DNA of 64,000 nucleotides, from positions 6,527 through 70,526 of the IMG/VR virus record IMGVR_UViG_3300050821_020196; one strand, given 5' to 3'. Below, piece by piece: positions 61,803 to 64,000 of the stretch (within the stretch, counting starts at the first letter, position 1; each line of letters opens with the position of its first letter). Both the position numbers and the translations under genes were made by a program. The DNA is from a virus. The notes below the pieces were generated by a model. The model worked only from the letters and a program-made list of their open reading frames with translations, was not told the origin of the DNA and ran no database searches.

Positions 61803-61906
61803 GTGCCCTCAGTGCCCTCATTTTTAACACACGCTGACCTGTAACACAAGTTAGCGCGTGCTAAAGCTCCTTGGAAACGAGGGAAATGCGAAATATGACC
61901 ACGTAT

Positions 61907-61948
61907 CTCTTAATCACTGGGTTGTTGGTTCGATTCCAACGCGGTGCA
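61907..61948 (+). repeat. att direct repeat (3' half of tRNA-Lys)
   Basis: ctcttaatcactgggttgttggttcgattccaacgcggtgca, identical to 49857-49898. Confidence 0.97.
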
Positions 61949-62432
61949 TCCCTCAACGCCAACGACTTATCAGAATGGAGCGGTTGATGGGCAACATCGT
62001 TATTGGCGTCTTCTTGGCTTAAAAGCGAAGTTCCGAAAACCGCGCCGGTTATTGATGCGATCATGGCCTCCATCCTCAAGAGCCGCTCCATCGAACCTAC
62101 ATGGACTACGACGACAATCCATCCGTTGAAATGCTGTTTCGACAGGCTTCAATGACGGCACACACTTACTTTCACGAAGCAATTGAAGCTATTGATAGTT
62201 GCTTCGGTGAAGGATACGCCCAAGAACATCCAGAATTAATCGGCGCTTTTATGCAGACTACCGCGCTCGATCGTGGTCGCGGGACTGTCCGCAATAGGGT
62301 TTACTACAAGAAGTCCGGGTGCACCTGGAACCGCTTGCGAAAATTACTTGCCCCGAGTCGGATCCGCAAGTCGTGATCCGGCCCTTCCACGGCACACTTG
62401 AAAGCGAGAACACCTTTGCTACTGGTGGCAAG

Positions 62433-62991
62433 TCATTCGGTATAGCCAAAGACCTGGGCGTCGGGCCGTTTAAGGAGGAATTCATTCGCAAACTTCTGGA
62501 CGAACGAATCGTCCATCGGCGAGTTAACGCCGCTCTGGCAAATGAACAACTTGACTTTCCCGTTGAAATCCAAGGGGAGGGCTTCCTTCTCAACATTCAG
62601 CAGCATTTGCTCCACCTCATAAGGCTTCAAGTAGCTCGCTGAGTTCGCAACCACACCTTCTGGGTAGATTCTTACTACCGGCGTGTTTGTTGGGATCACA
62701 GTGGCCCACGACGTAAGAGTTGATGAAGCTCGCCTTCTTCCTCCTTGTGGAGGTCTTGAAGTTGCTTCTTGCCCGCGCCATCCCAAAAAACGACTTCAAA
62801 TGTCTGCTTGGCCGCCTTTTCCTGCTCCACCTGAGCCGGATTGAACGGCGGCTTCAGATCCTTGGCCGTGTTTTAGAGGTCTTCGACGCTTTATGGGTTC
62901 TTTTCCCATAGGAGTCGGCCCACTCCTCGACATCTTTGGCCGTAACTGGGCACGCACTCTTCGGCCAGGGGACGTAGATGATTCTTCTCAT
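62433..62991 (-). pseudogene. Fragmented C80-like cysteine peptidase domain protein
   Basis: IIYVPW, YVVGHC and KLFICQSG..SFVQKFA..VFGY lie in different frames. Confidence 0.4.
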
Positions 62992-63589
62992 GGGATCCCT
63001 CGTTGAACTTGGGCCATCTGGCAGAAGGACAGTCATTCTTGCGGCCTTGACTCTGCCGAGGTTGAGCGCATCAAGGTCGAAAATGGCCGGGGATCAGCCG
63101 CCCGTCCCGATAGATGGAACCCTAAGGGAGTGAAAGGACAGGGGCCAAGAATAATCCACCCTGCCGGAACCGACTTGGCCGGGTTGCTGGAGCAGCTCCA
63201 GGCCGATCAGGGAGAACGATTCCACTGGCCGCTGTTCTCCTACGATGAGTCTTACCCCACCTATGCGTGGACTAGGGCGGCTGAGGCTTTTTACGATGAC
63301 CGGCATAAGGACCGGTTGCGTTGCGAGGAGGAATTGAATCGGAGACGGAGAGTAGCTTCAACCACCCCATGATCGGCATTGACAAGCTCACCTCGGCTGA
63401 CGTTGGCAAATGGATTGTCTACTCGATCCTGCCGCCCTGCCGCGATCGCGGACGGCTCAAGAGCTGGACCAAGCAATTCGTCTACGTGGTCTTCCGCTGC
63501 GGTGGGAACTGGGCCGATTACACCGATTACACCGCAGCGCCTACGTTGCCGGAATATCTGGATTTCCTCTCCCCAACGGTCTCGGAGAA

Positions 63590-63935
63590 ACTCGCACTTT
63601 ACGGTTGCACAGCAGCGTTATCCGGGCGCGAACATCTAACGCTACTTGTCGGAAAGGAAGAGATCGCCTTGGCTTTCATCCGTCACTTCGGCTCCATAAA
63701 AGCGTTGTCCCGCGCTTCCCTTTACCAGCTCCGCCAATTCCTGCCCGCCGTAAAGCCAAGGCGGTAATGGCTGCCTTCTCTGTGTCTATGATCGCAGAGA
63801 GTGAGCATGCTCGTTCTCAAATCTTCGATAATCCGGAATCGGTGTATCGCGCCTGCGCCGATATGAAACTTTTTAGTCAGGAAGTCCTTCGATGTGTGCT
63901 CTTCGATACAAGACAACGCTTGATCTCCTGCGATA
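63590..63935 (+). pseudogene. radC: RadC-like fragment
   Basis: IRHFGSIKALSRAS..L, then after a frameshift FDNPESVY..QEVLRCVLFDTRQRLI. Confidence 0.6.
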
Positions 63936-64000
63936 TGGACGGGGCTTTGGTTGACTACAATAAGCCCTCGTCCATCATAGATAGAAAAGGACTAACGATA

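Larger units (their letters stand above)
49857..61948. mobile_element. Integrated phage-satellite-like element (12,050-bp excision unit)
   Basis: Perfect 42-bp direct repeat 49857-49898 / 61907-61948; integrase, primase, helicase, capsid genes. Confidence 0.93.

Noticed and set aside
61907-61948. Second tRNA-Lys gene
   Set aside because: Only the 3' 42 nt are present; it is the att duplication
49857-61948. Classification as a canonical cf-PICI or a complete prophage
   Set aside because: No recognisable portal, terminase, protease or head-tail genes, and the capsid is lambda-E type

Overview
The window has four parts. (1) 1-~41,500: the right part of a large prophage integrated at the 3' end of tRNA-Glu(TTC). 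It has a lambda-type head module (Nu1-like TerS, GpA TerL, portal, ClpP-scaffold, decoration D, capsid E), a P2/Mu-type contractile tail and baseplate, many fibre/adhesin genes and a tyrosine integrase; its left end is outside the window. (2) 41,500-49,900: host genes (tRNA-Glu, waaA, rsmD, AsmA-like, glnE, mdh, tRNA-Lys); a Verrucomicrobia-like host is only my impression. (3) 49,857-61,948: a complete 12,050-bp satellite-like element at tRNA-Lys, bounded by a perfect 42-bp att repeat. It has integrase, Xis-like HTH, primase, helicase, iterons and its own capsid E, decoration D and stand-alone scaffold, but no recognisable terminase, portal or tail. (4) 61,950-64,000: degenerate island fragments. 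Two candidate new systems stand out. (A) A GTANTT motif lies 6-11 nt before the ATG of about 18 prophage genes, and the prophage encodes a T4 gp55-like sigma-region-2 protein with a Mor-like C-terminus, suggesting -10-only, leaderless late transcription. (B) The shell-only satellite has head genes and a cos-like site resembling those of the co-resident prophage. All family calls come from motif recognition by eye; no searches were run.
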